From: Chiloscyllium plagiosum
Lineage: Eukaryota
Length of the DNA stretch: 64,000 nt
Assembly: GCF_004010195.1 (NCBI RefSeq)
Contig: NC_057717.1
Span: 105,917,804-105,981,803, forward strand
Direction: 5' to 3'
Shown here: positions 50,565-61,990 of the stretch, piece by piece
How the letters are laid out: each line of letters opens with the position of its first letter
Position numbering within the stretch: position 1 is the first letter of the stretch
The notes under the pieces: model-generated
Database searches by the model: none
What the model saw: only the letters and a program-made list of their open reading frames with translations
What the model was told of the DNA's origin: nothing
Made by a program: the position numbers and the translations under genes

Positions 50565-52672
50565 AGAAGAACATAAAACAGTACAGTACAGTACAGGCCC
50601 TTCGGCCCTATGGTGTGTTGACCTTTTATCCTACTCTAAGATCAGACTAACCTACGTACCCTTCATTGTACTATCTTCCATATTCCATTAAACTCAATCC
50701 CCCTTCTAATGAAAATCAACACACCATATACCTTAACAACTCTATCGACTTGGGTGGCAGCTTTGAAGGATCTATAGACACGGACTGAAAATGTGTTGCT
50801 GGAAAAGCGCAGCAGGTCAGGCAGCATCCAGGGAACAGGAGAATCGACATTTCGGGCATAAGCCCTTCTTCAGGATAGACATGGACCCCAAGATCCCTCT
50901 GTTCCTCCACACTGCCGAGAATCCTACCTTTAACCCTGTATTCTGCATTCAAATTCAACCTTCCAAAGTGAATCACTTCACATTTTCCCAGGTTGAACTC
51001 CATCTGACACTTGTCAGCCCAGCTCTGCATCCTGTCAATGTCTCATTGCAACCTACAACAACCCTCCACACTATTCACAACTCCTCCAACCTTCATATAA
51101 TCGGCAAACTTACCAACTCACCCTTCCAAGTCATTTATAAAAATCACAAAGAGCAGAGGTCTCGGAACCGATCCCTGCAGAACACCACTGGTCACCGAGC
51201 ACCAGGCTAAATACTTTCCATCTACTACCAATCTCTGTCTTCTATGGGCCAGCCAATTCTGTATCCAGACAGACAGGTTTCCCTATATCCCACACCAACT
51301 CACTTTCTGAATGAACCTACCAGGGCAACCTTATTAAATGCTTTGTTAAAATCCATGACCACCACATCCACTGCTCTACCCTTCTTCATCAATGTATTTT
51401 GTCCCATCCTCAAAGCACTCAATAAGGTTTTGAGAAATGACCTGCCCCTCACAAAGCCATGCTGACTATCTCTAATCAAACTACGGTTTTCCAAGTAATC
51501 ATAAATCCTGTCTCTCAGAATCCTCCAATAATTTGCCCATCAAGACTGACTAGTCTGTAATTCCCAGAGTTATCCCTATTCCCTTTCGTGAACAAGGGAA
51601 TAGCATTTACCACTCTCTAATCATCTGGTACTACTCCAGTGAGGACGAAAAGATCATCGCCAAAGGCACAGCAATCTCTACCCTAACTTCCTGTAGTAAC
51701 ATTGGATGTATCTATCCTTATGTTCAAAATTTCCAGCACATCCTCCTTCCTAACATCAACCTGTTCGAGCATATCAGCAAGTTTCACACTGTCCTCAGAA
51801 ATGACAAGGTCCCTTCCACTAGTGAATACTGAAGTAAAGTATTCAAGTAAGGACCTCCCCTGACTCCAGACACTAATTCCCTCCACTGTCCCTGATTAGC
51901 CCCACCCTCACTCTGGCCATCTTCTTGTTCCTCACATAAGTAAGTGTAGAATGCCTTGGGGTTTTCCTTAATCCTACTTGCTAAAGCTTTTTCATGCCCC
52001 CTTCTAGATCTCCTAAGTCCATTCTTCAGTTCCTTCCTGGCTACCTTGTAACCCTCAAGTCCTGTTTGATCCTTGCCTCCTCAACCTTGTCAGTTTCCTT
52101 CTGCCTCTTGATTTGATGTTCCACATCTCTAGTCATCCAAAGTTCACCCTACCATCCTTTCCTTGCCTCAGTGGGACAGACCTGTCCAGCATTATCAGCA
52201 AGTGCTCCCTACACAACCTCCACATTTCTGTCATGCATTTCTGAGAATATCTGTTCCCAATTTAGGTGCCCCAGTTCCTGCATAATAGCAATGTAATTCC
52301 CCTCCCAAATTAAATATTTTCCCATAATGTCTGCTCTTATCCCTCTCCATGACTGTAGTAACGTCAGGGAGATGGGGTGACTGTCACCAAAATGCTCTCC
52401 CATTGAGTGATCTGACACCTGACCTGGTTTGTTACCAAGCAACAAATCCAATATGGCCTCCCCTCTAGTTGGCCTATCTACATATTTAGTCAGGCATCCT
52501 TCCTGGACACACCTGACAAAATCCACTCCATCCAAACTATTTGCATTAAGGAGGTTCCAATCAATATTAGGAAAGTTAAGTTCACCCATGACAACAGCCC
52601 TGTTACTTCTGCACCTTTCCAATTTCTGCCTCCCAGTCTGCTCCTGCATGTCTCTGTTGCTATTGGGGAGGA
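50565..52672 (-). mobile_element. CR1 LINE fragments
   Basis: WADKCQMEFNLGKCEVIHFG, SQHGFVRGRS, VVMGELNFPNIDW...PTRGEAILDLLLGN. Confidence 0.9.
50786..50874 (-). mobile_element. Short Penelope pLTR-end insertion (family A), ~12-bp TSD, inside a CR1
   Basis: TSD atagaca(c/t)ggac at 50774-50785 and 50875-50886. Minus strand reads cCTGAAGAagggcttatgcccGAAATgtc. Confidence 0.85.
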
Positions 52673-52681
52673 CCTATAGAA

Positions 52682-53300
52682 ACCGAGCTGGGAATTTGTG
52701 TTGCAGACGTTTCGTCCCCTGTCTAGGTGACATCCTCAGTGCTTAGGAGCCTCCTGTGAAGTGCTTCTGTGATGTTTCCTCTGCCATTTATAGTGATTTG
52801 TACCCGCCGCTTCCGGTTGTCAGTTCCAGCTGTCCGCTGCGGTGGCTGGTATATTGGGTCCAGGTCGATGTGCTTATTGATTGAATCTGTGGATGAGTGC
52901 CATGCCTCTAGGAATTCCCTGGCTGTTCTCTGTTTGGCTTGTCCTATAATAGTAATGTTGTCCCAGTCGAACGCATGTTGTTTGTCATCTGCCTGTGCGT
53001 CTACTAAGGCGAACTGGTCGTGTCGTTTCGTGGCTACTTCGTGTTCATGGATGCGAATCGTTAGCTGTCTTCCTGTTTATGTCCTCATTCTGTTGTCTTT
53101 CCCTTAGGCATCTGTTGATGAAATTTCGCGGGTATCCGTTTTTGGCGAATACATTGTCTCGGTGTTCTTCTTCCTCTTTTTGCAGTTCTGGTGTACTGCA
53201 GTGTGTTGTGGCCCTTTTGAATAGTGTCTTGATGCAACTTCTTTTGTGTGTGTTGGGGTGGTACACTCTGGGTTCATCACCCTTATTCCTGACACTTCTT
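52682..53300 (-). mobile_element. Penelope-like element (Poseidon-like), internally deleted, with 3' pLTR hammerhead
   Basis: HPNTHKRSCIKTLFKRATTHCST...NGYPRNFINRCL (PLE thumb/linker) and ...FDWDNITIIGQAKQRTAREFLEAWHS (GIY-YIG C-terminal part). Confidence 0.85.
52703..52742 (-). ncRNA. Minimal type I hammerhead ribozyme motif (family B)
   Basis: Minus strand gca-CUGAGGA-UGUCACC uagaca GGGGAC-GAAAC GUC^-ugc: intact core, stem I gca/ugc, palindromic ACGU stem III. Confidence 0.75.
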
Positions 53301-54194
53301 GCATTCCAATAGACACACTTCAGCCTTTTGCCCTCTGAAGTGCCTATCCCTCCTCATAGACTTCCTGCACACTGTATCTGCTGTTCACTATGTACTCCAT
53401 CCTCTGATCCATAACTCCAGTTGTCATCCTTCTGCCAATCTATTTAAGCCCTCCCAATGGTGCTGTGTGATTTTTAACAAAAGGGTATACTTATTGGTGA
53501 GGAAACGACCCCAGGGGGTCCCTTTCCCTTTCCTGACAGTTACCCAGCTATCTTTATCCTGTAATTTGTGTGATGGCCTCCCTATAACTCGTCTCTGTTA
53601 CCTGCTCAGCCTCCCAAATATTCATCCAGTTCCAGTTCCCTAATGTGGTCTGTGAGGCTTGCTTTATAAATACAAAGTTATTTTAGAATTCTAACACAGC
53701 TTTCAGCTGACTGGTCTAATTCCCACCTCTATCTTTTTGCTCAGTGAGTTATTAAGATAATCCAGGCAATGAGAGACTGAAGCATTGGTTCAGAATCCTG
53801 GCATGATATCCAGCAGGATAGTGGCTGTAGGTGCCCTCCCTCATTATGGTACAGGTTCTTGCAGCCCATGATAACTCTCCCATCAAACAGCGTTAACCTG
53901 CCCATCCACCAGGGAGAAAGGATTATCACAGTCATGGAAGGACTGTTCATGAGAATCACCTGTCCGAGTAAAGAGATGATCGAGGCTTGAACCAGTACCA
54001 CAGTTCAACTTCTGTAACAGTATAGTGGGGAATGGAGATTCAACACCAGTATAAATATCGAACTCAGGATAAATGTAACAACATCACTGTAGTGATCCTC
54101 AATTATAACAACCCATCATGAGGTAGATATCACTTTAGATGCAGAATGAAGCTCTCCATTTTCTGTTCAAAAAATTTCTCCCAAGCCCAATGGG

Positions 54195-54450
54195 GCAGCA
54201 CAGCTGCCTCACAGCACCAGGGACCCAGGTTCAATTCCACCCTTGGGAGAATATTTGTATGGAGCTTGTACATTCTCCCACTGTCTGTGTGGATTTCCTC
54301 TGGGTGTTCCAGTTTCCTTCCATAGTCCAGGAATGTCCAGGCTCAATGGTTAACCATGAGAAATGCAAGGTTATAGGGATAGGGTAGTGGGGTGGGTTAG
54401 CATGGACTCAATCAGCAAAACTGCCTGTTTCCACACTGTAGGGATTCTAT
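54195..54450 (+). mobile_element. HE1-type V-SINE, degenerate
   Basis: gctgcctcacagcaccagggacccaggttcaattcc...cctgtttccacactgtagggattctatgat. Confidence 0.8.
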
Positions 54451-55681
54451 GATTACCCTAATTTCTTATTCACGAACTTATGTAAATGTATATAAATGTT
54501 GTAACTGTACCTACATCTATCACTTCCCCTGGCAAGTCATTCCACATACGAACCATCCTCTGTGTGAAAAAGATGTTCCTCAGGTCCCTTTTAAATCTTT
54601 TCCTTTCACCTTAAAAAATACCCTCTTTTACCTAGCTCCAGCCTAGGTAAAAGACCTTTTCCAATCACCTTATCTATGCCCCTCATGCTTTTATAAAGCT
54701 GTACAAGGTCACCCTTCAACCTCCTACATTCCAGCCTATCCAGCCTCTTCTTATGAGTCAAACCCTCCACATCCCGGTAAATCTTTTCTGAACCCTCTCC
54801 AATTTAATGAGATCCTTCCTTCCTTGTCTCCTACAACAGGCAAATCAGCTTCTTGTGGAGGAGTGTGGTGGCTGCTAACACCTGTGCACCACGAGACAAC
54901 AAGACAGCCTAACAGCCCAGAAGAAATCCATTTGGCCATTTTACCTGTGCTAACCAAAACAAAAACCAGCCTAATCCCACCTTCCAATTTCTGGTCTGTA
55001 TTTCATTCCCAGTTTTTAAAAAAGTAATTCTGGTTTTTGTCTCCGCCTCCCTTTCACACAGTGAGTTCCAGCCTTTAGTACTCCCTGAATTAAAATAATT
55101 TCTCAAGTCTCTAGTCCCTCTGCTTTAAATCCATGCCTCTCTGCAAATGTAACAGATCCTCCATAATGTTATACTTTCAAATAAATCTGTCTTCTATTTC
55201 AAAGAAGATAACCTGGGCCAATCCAATCTTTTCCTCAGAACTAACAATCTCCTGAATCTCTCCTGTACTGTCTCTGGTGTGATCACCATTCTTCCTCTAA
55301 TGCAGTACACTAGCCCTGAGCTATAGCCTGATTACTGTGATTGTTAGTTGAGGCTGTGAAAGATCCTGTTTGCTGCCTTGACCATGTTATCTGTCCTGTT
55401 ACTTTGATCTGTGGACATTCACGTTGAGGCCAGTACTGGCGCCCCACTTGTAGTAAGAGACGGGGAGACAGTGGAGCAGAGGGAACCGGCCAGAGGTTGG
55501 ACACATGGAGTCAGTGAATGTAAAACTCACATCAGAATCTGAGGCATTGGACATATGTTTCACCATCAGCTCTTTCCTGGTGCACTCAATACTTTGGCCT
55601 GTTTAAAGAGAAAGGAAGTTCCATCAGTAATGGTGCTGCTATACTTATCCTGTTGATTAGAGACTACAGTCTGGAAAGGAC

Positions 55682-55832
55682 TGTGTTACGATCGAGCCGT
55701 CCACTATCACCTGATGAAGGAGCGTCGCTCCGAAAGCTAGTGTGCTTCCAATTAAACCTGTTGGACTATAACCTGGTGTTGTGTGATTTTTAACTTTGTA
55801 CACCCCAGTCCAACACCGGCATCTCCAAATCA
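55682..55832 (+). mobile_element. Short Penelope pLTR-like insertion (family C) with 10-bp TSD
   Basis: TSD tggaaaggac at 55672-55681 and 55833-55842. Related copies at ~22350-22465 and 38714-38871. Confidence 0.8.
55708..55743 (+). ncRNA. Minimal type I hammerhead ribozyme motif (family C)
   Basis: cac-CUGAUGA-A-GGAGC guc GCUCC-GAAAG CUA^-gug: intact core, stem I cac/gug, palindromic AGCU stem III. Confidence 0.8.
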
Positions 55833-56457
55833 TGGAAAGGACAGGTGACTAATTGACTCAAGTTACTGATGACTGCCATTAAACACTATTAACTTGACCA
55901 AACCTTAGGGCAAAATATCACTGTCCTTATATGCTTTGTAACTAACTCTCAGATTATTGAGCAGGAAGTTGATATAAATTAGTACAGACATGAATGTTCG
56001 GCATTCCTGATGACTCAATCAGGTCAGCAGCTCTGCATTCCTCACAATCCAAGGCTGAAACCTTCGGTTCTCCTGCTACACACGGCTCAGTACCAACACT
56101 GAACTTTATCATTCCCAGTCAGCTGAGAAAAACTGGCAACTGTTCCACAAATTTCAATGTCCACCTAGACAATCACATGATAAGTTATAATTCCCACTGA
56201 GTATTCATAAGGATGGTGACTTCCATCTTTTGTGAGCTCTCTCACTGATGACCAGAAGTGAGTTAGTGCCAAGCATAGGGTACACCGAGATCCCAACTCC
56301 TTGCTAGTGTCAACACTGGAAAAGTTTCTGTTTGGAATGAGTCTTTATCCTCCCACACTGGGCCGCAGAGGAGATGGTCATCTACACTCTCAGTTCTTTG
56401 CAGTATTAGTGCATTAGTCAGGGATAGTTCTTTTCGGTATTAGTGCATTAGTGCATT

Positions 56458-58419
56458 ACTCCCTGCGTAAATGGATGGAGCAAGATCTCTTAACTGAGGT
56501 AAGAGGTATGGCTAACAGAAATCAGTGGTTTTAATTAGAATAGGTACTGATCAGGCTAGGAGTCAGGTTTACAGTTCTCCAAAAGCCATCTCCTACAGAG
56601 CCCAGTGCAGCACTGGTGCTTGGAAACGGATGGACAAGGAGGGGACACTTTAGTGGAGGATGGACAAGGAGCGGACATGTCAGTATTAAAACCAGCAACA
56701 AGCCAGATGAAACAACTTTATAAAACTGCAGTAAGAACATGAAGGTGCTACGAACTTGATCTCTAAGAATGGGAATTAGAATTAGGAAGCCCTCAACCTA
56801 GGCTTCAAATCTAATTGTTTGTGACTATAAAAATATTGTATGAGAGTTTAGGTGTTGTGTTAACTTCTGTTTCTAATCAGATAAATCGCAAGTTGGATAC
56901 AATTTTTTAAAAAAAGCATAGAATTAATACTGTTCAACTGACCTCTCTTAATTCTGGCAATGGTATTGTTTTGTTTGTTGGAATAACAAAGGTTCTGAAT
57001 CTGCTCCTGCATATCAATCATTGCTAATCTGTGTGGAAATACAAGTGGGGAACATAAATGATTACAAGCTCAAGTAAGGCAATTCTCATTCTCACTCCAA
57101 ACATCCTGTTCATTTTCTTTGGGATGTTCCCATTTCCCACTCTGCACAATCTCTAACCCGAGGACTGCTGCTTTCTGCTGGTTTTGCACCAAGAGGACAT
57201 TCGGTATGAGCCGAGATGATGAGTGACAGCTGGCAGAACATCACAGCCAAGCCTAACCCTCTCCTCTTGTTCCTGCACAGGTCACGGGAAAGCAACCACA
57301 AGCAGAAATCAAAACCCTGGCTGAGTCCAAGGGACACACTGACCGATTACTGTTAGAGCATTCTTGCTGCTCTGGTATGGATCAGTCTTACCCCCGATTG
57401 TGTAATGTTAAATGCACTATTCCCTCAACATCTCAACCACTCTCTTGTTCTCTACCTTACAATCACTTTCTGTGCCACCTACTTAATGTCTTTCAATTCC
57501 TGTTCAGGATCCAGTGATTGTACTTGTCTGCATCTCTGTATTAGTCTCTCTAGAATCTGTATTGAGGGGAAAGAGCACAAGAGATTACTCTGAAATACTG
57601 AAGCCAGCCATAAAACCCAACAGCATAGCTGTCATTGGTATTTGCTTTGGCTCCATCATACAGTGCATTGCCTTCCTACTGTATGCTGAGTAAGACAGTA
57701 ACAGTGATGGGGATTCTGCAGGCAGTTTGTGTCCTTGGCTCAAGAACAATATCAGGCAAGGTTCACACATCTGAGATTAGGAAACATTGTGCACTTTTAC
57801 AGGTAATTGTCTACAAATGAGTGATCTGGGTGTCCTGGACAGGACTCCCACTCAGATTCCAGTACCTCCATCATATGCCTCAGATATCCATGTATAAAGT
57901 TACTGGTAATTTATTTGTTTCATGCTTGGCCTTGTAGTTTAAATCCTTTTCTCAATGTGTTTGTCATAAACTGCACTGCTCAGTGAAGCCCCCCCCGCCG
58001 AGATCCACAGTTGTGTGACTGCATGTCTAATGGATCCTCCCAAATGGACAGAAGTAAACTGGGAATGCTAAGTCAAGAAAACTCCCTGCGTAAATGGATG
58101 GAGCAAGATCTCTTAACTGAGGTAAGAGGTATGGCTAACAGAAATCAGTGGTTTTAATTAGAATAGGTACTGATCAGGCTAGGAGTCAGGTTTACAGTTC
58201 TCCAAAAGCCATCTCCTACAGAGCCCAGTGCAGCACTGGTGCTTGGAAACGGATGGACAAGGAGGGGACACTTCAGTGGAGGATGGACAAGGAGCGGACA
58301 TGTCAGTAGCTGAAATGTGTTGCTGGACATGTCAGTATTAAAACCAGCAACAAGCCAGATGAAACAACTTTATAAAACTGCAGTAAGAACATGAAGGTGC
58401 TACGAACTTGATCTCTAAG
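56458..58419 (+). repeat. Dispersed direct duplication: 56458-56767 and 58081-58419
   Basis: 310-bp near-identical copies; the second has a 29-bp expansion. Confidence 0.95.
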
Positions 58420-58819
58420 GTACACATGGTGCAACAGTTAATAAACTGGAGATAACTTTATTTAAAACAGACTGAACGGCACAGTACTTTTCACATGGCT
58501 ATACCTGATTATATTTCTTCTGATTTTGTCTGAGTATTTTGCAATCTGTCAAACTGCTCAACAGATCATCCTCTTGAATAGCTGCAACCAAATAAGAGTG
58601 ACAAATATTGAATGCACTTTCACTTTATTCCCAGTCTTGGTTTTCTGTGAATCACCCATCATTAACACAAGTGAATGGTCACCTGGGTAGGGAGCATGGG
58701 AGGGGACGAGTGGGAACAGTGAGGAGATTTGCTTTCATTACTTTTCCTGCCCTTTGCTTAGTATATCCATTGTCCCTTACATCAGACTGAGCTGCCACAG
58801 AATGATGCACAAATGAACA

Positions 58820-58942
58820 NNNNNNNNNNNNNNNNNNNNNNNNNNNNNNNNNNNNNNNNNNNNNNNNNNNNNNNNNNNNNNNNNNNNNNNNNNNNNNNNN
58901 NNNNNNNNNNNNNNNNNNNNNNNNNNNNNNNNNNNNNNNNNN
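58820..58942. other. Assembly gap (N)
   Basis: Run of n. Confidence 1.
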
Positions 58943-59237
58943 CTCACCCTAAACCTATGCCCTCTAGTTCTGGACTCCCCAACCCCAGGGAAAAGACTTT
59001 GTCTATTTATCCTATCCATGCCCCTCATAATTTTGTAAACCTCTATAAGGTCACCTCTCAGCCTCCGACGCTCCAGGGAAAACAGCCCCAGCCTGTTCAG
59101 CCTCTCCCTGCAGCTCAAATCCTCCAACCCTGGCAACATCCTTGTAAATCTTTTCTGAACCCTTTCAAGTTTCACAACGTCTTTTCGATAGGAAGGAGAC
59201 TAAATTGCACGCAATATTCCAATAGTGGCCTAACCAG
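58943..59237 (-). mobile_element. CR1 LINE 3' fragment
   Basis: KLERVQKRFTRMLPGLEDLSCRERLNRLGLFSLERRRLRGDLIEVYKIMRG. Confidence 0.92.
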
Positions 59238-61039
59238 TAGTTAAAGTTAGGTGCTGAGGTGAAGGGTCAAACCCTCAAAATCCTGCCAATTTTCCCTCTG
59301 CCCATTCTTTTCCTTGACTGAATGCACTGACGGACTCATGGGATCTAGTTCCCAGACAGCAGTTATCAAAACCTGGAGCTGGATTGTGGGAAGCATTAAA
59401 ATCAAAGCCACCGCTGTCCTGATCCAACATGCACACATGCTGCCTGATTTGGGAGGGGGTCAGTGGGAGGGAGCGGAACTTCTGACACTTTCTTTCTCTA
59501 GTTTTGGGGTGCTGAAACCAACGGCGATGTTCCAGCTGCACCTAAGTAGTGACCTGATCAGGCTGGGATTCGCCACATCTTTAGGGGTCAGTTGCACTCT
59601 GCTCACTTTGCCAATCAGGAGCACTTAGACGAAGCTGTTTTGCCATTTTTCCAGCTGAAGATGGGGGTGTCCTTTAAACAGACTCAATCCCTCTGCCCTT
59701 CCCTGCTGCTTTAAGTTTAAATAATATAAAAATATGCACAATGTAGTAAAAGGGATGAAATTGGTCAGCTAGTACTTTCAAACAGGCATTAGCAAATATG
59801 TGTCCAATCCAAGATCAGGTTCACCGCCCAATATCTTTTAGGGATCAAATCATATTGACACAGGGATTATGACTTGCTTTCCGATGTTATTGAATCCCGT
59901 GAAGTGTTGTTACTTTGGAAGGTGTTCCAGCTTGACATTTACTGGATTCTCTCACAATAACTTGCGGTGAACACCAGTGTGGTATTAATCTGTTGGTACC
60001 AAACTCCAACAACGCCTGGACCTGCTGGTTCCCCAGCCCAGTATTTAAACCATCAACCAAACACACATCACAAAGTGGGTAAAGGATACTGACTTAGCTT
60101 TCGGTTAATTTGTTCTATCTCTTTCCGCAATGATTCACATTCCTCCCATAGAAATTTTTTACTGTAAAAGAAGAACAAAAATAACCGAGTTAATCCCTTG
60201 ATTCTGACATTGTTGGGGAATATTTTATGTGGAGATGGGGCTCTCCCCATGTGGATGACGTGGAACCACATGTCCCTCTACCATGTGATCATTTGATTTC
60301 GATTGATACCTGATCAATTGTTAATTGTTGTAAAATTATCCCCATCCTTTGTGAATCTGTGCTATCGATTAGCAGCACTTCAAGTTCACTGAAGTTGAGG
60401 AAGACAAAGCCAGAGCAAGAGAAGGCCATTCAGCCCATCAATTCCACTGGGTTGGGTTGGGGGAGCAGTCTGTTGGGGTGTTCCTCAGAGGGTCGGTGTG
60501 GACTCCATGGGCCAAATGGCCTGCTCCCACACTGTAAGGAATCTATGATTCCTGGGATGAGCTATCACTGAACACTGACTAGTTTTAGTCTCCGAAGTCT
60601 TTCTTTCAGTTTACATCACGTACCTCTCATGTATTTCTGCAGCAAGTTCTTCAGCATGGTTGCTGGAGTCTGTTGTCTGGACTTGGTTCTCCATTTGCTG
60701 GACTGGCTCCTGTATTTTGGTCAGGCCTGAGGACAGTTCTTTCTTCCAGTCTTCAATTTTTCTGTCTATCACTAAATTAATCCTGTCCTCTTCAATATTA
60801 CTGCTCATGCTCAGTCTCCTCACTTCAGCTGTGGAAGACAGAAGTAGTTTCCAATGGGATGAAAATGGTTATGGTGTTGGTCAGATTTTGGCTGGGGAAA
60901 TGGTGGATCACCACTTCCTACAGGCAGCAGAGTAAGTCAGCAATTGGGCTGCATTATGCCATTGTTTATGTTACAGTCACTCCCCTCTCCACTCGTACCT
61001 TTCCTGTAGCATTCTGGTACAACAAACAGGGGCAGGACC

Positions 61040-61505
61040 TATACATTCAATAGGAGGGTAGTGTTGTAGAATAGAGGGATCAAGGGGTTCAGACACATAA
61101 TTCTTTGAAGTTTGCATCACATGTAGACAGAGTGGGCAAGAGGTTTATAAAATAATGAGGGGTGTACATAGGGTTAACGGTAGGTGTCTATTCCCTATGA
61201 TGGAGGATTTCAAGACTAGGAGACATAATTTAAAGGTGAGAGGTTTAAAAAAGGCACAGGTGACAAATCTTTTTTTTTTAAAACACAGAGGGTGGTTTAC
61301 GTGTGGAATGAGCTTCCTGAGGACGTGGTGGGTGCGGGTATAGTTACAACATTTGAAAGACATTTGGATAAGTCCATGAATAGGAAAGGATTGGAGGGAT
61401 ATGGGCCTGGAGCAGGCAGGTGGGACTAGTTTAATTTGGGATTATGGTCGGCATGGAGGGATGGACGCAAGGGTCTTTTTCTGTGCTGGATGAGTCTATG
61501 ACTCT
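61040..61505 (+). mobile_element. CR1 LINE 3' fragment
   Basis: Similar to 24400-24805; ends ctatgactct. Confidence 0.85.
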
Positions 61506-61694
61506 AGGTCCCATTTTACAAAGAGAGCTGGCATTGTAAGTGTGCACAGACTTTTGACTATGGAGGGTCAACAATGCTACCATCTCCACCCGCACCCTAC
61601 CATGCATCCGCCAATCTAAACTTGTCCTTCCATTGATAAATATAAACACAACCAAAGCAAACCGTCACTAGGGCTTAAATACAGAACATGCTGG

Positions 61695-61990
61695 GGAGGT
61701 GGTGGTGTACTGGTGTTGTCACTAGACTAGTAACCTTGAATATAGGGAAATGGATTCAAATCACACCATAACAAATACAATAAAAATCTGAAATAAGAAG
61801 CGAGGTCCAGTGATTATTGTCAATTATTGTAAAACCTCATGTCGTTCACTTAATGTTCTTCAAGGGAGGAAATCTGCCATGCTTGCTTGGTCCAGCCAAC
61901 GTGTGACTCCAGACCTAAGCAATGGTGATTGACTCTGGGATGGGCACTGAATGCTGGCCTATTCAGTGATACCTACATGTGACACACAAA
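61695..61990 (+). mobile_element. Second tRNA-derived SINE family; a partial copy lies at ~16370-16600
   Basis: tRNA-like head (ggtggtgtactggt...ggattcaaatc) and body gaaatctgccatgctt...tgactccagacc shared with the 16370-16600 copy. Confidence 0.65.

Noticed and set aside
57509..57693. Small hydrophobic reading frame after acceptor ttcctgttcag
   Set aside because: No recognisable homology or convincing phase-compatible partner exon; cannot support it as coding.
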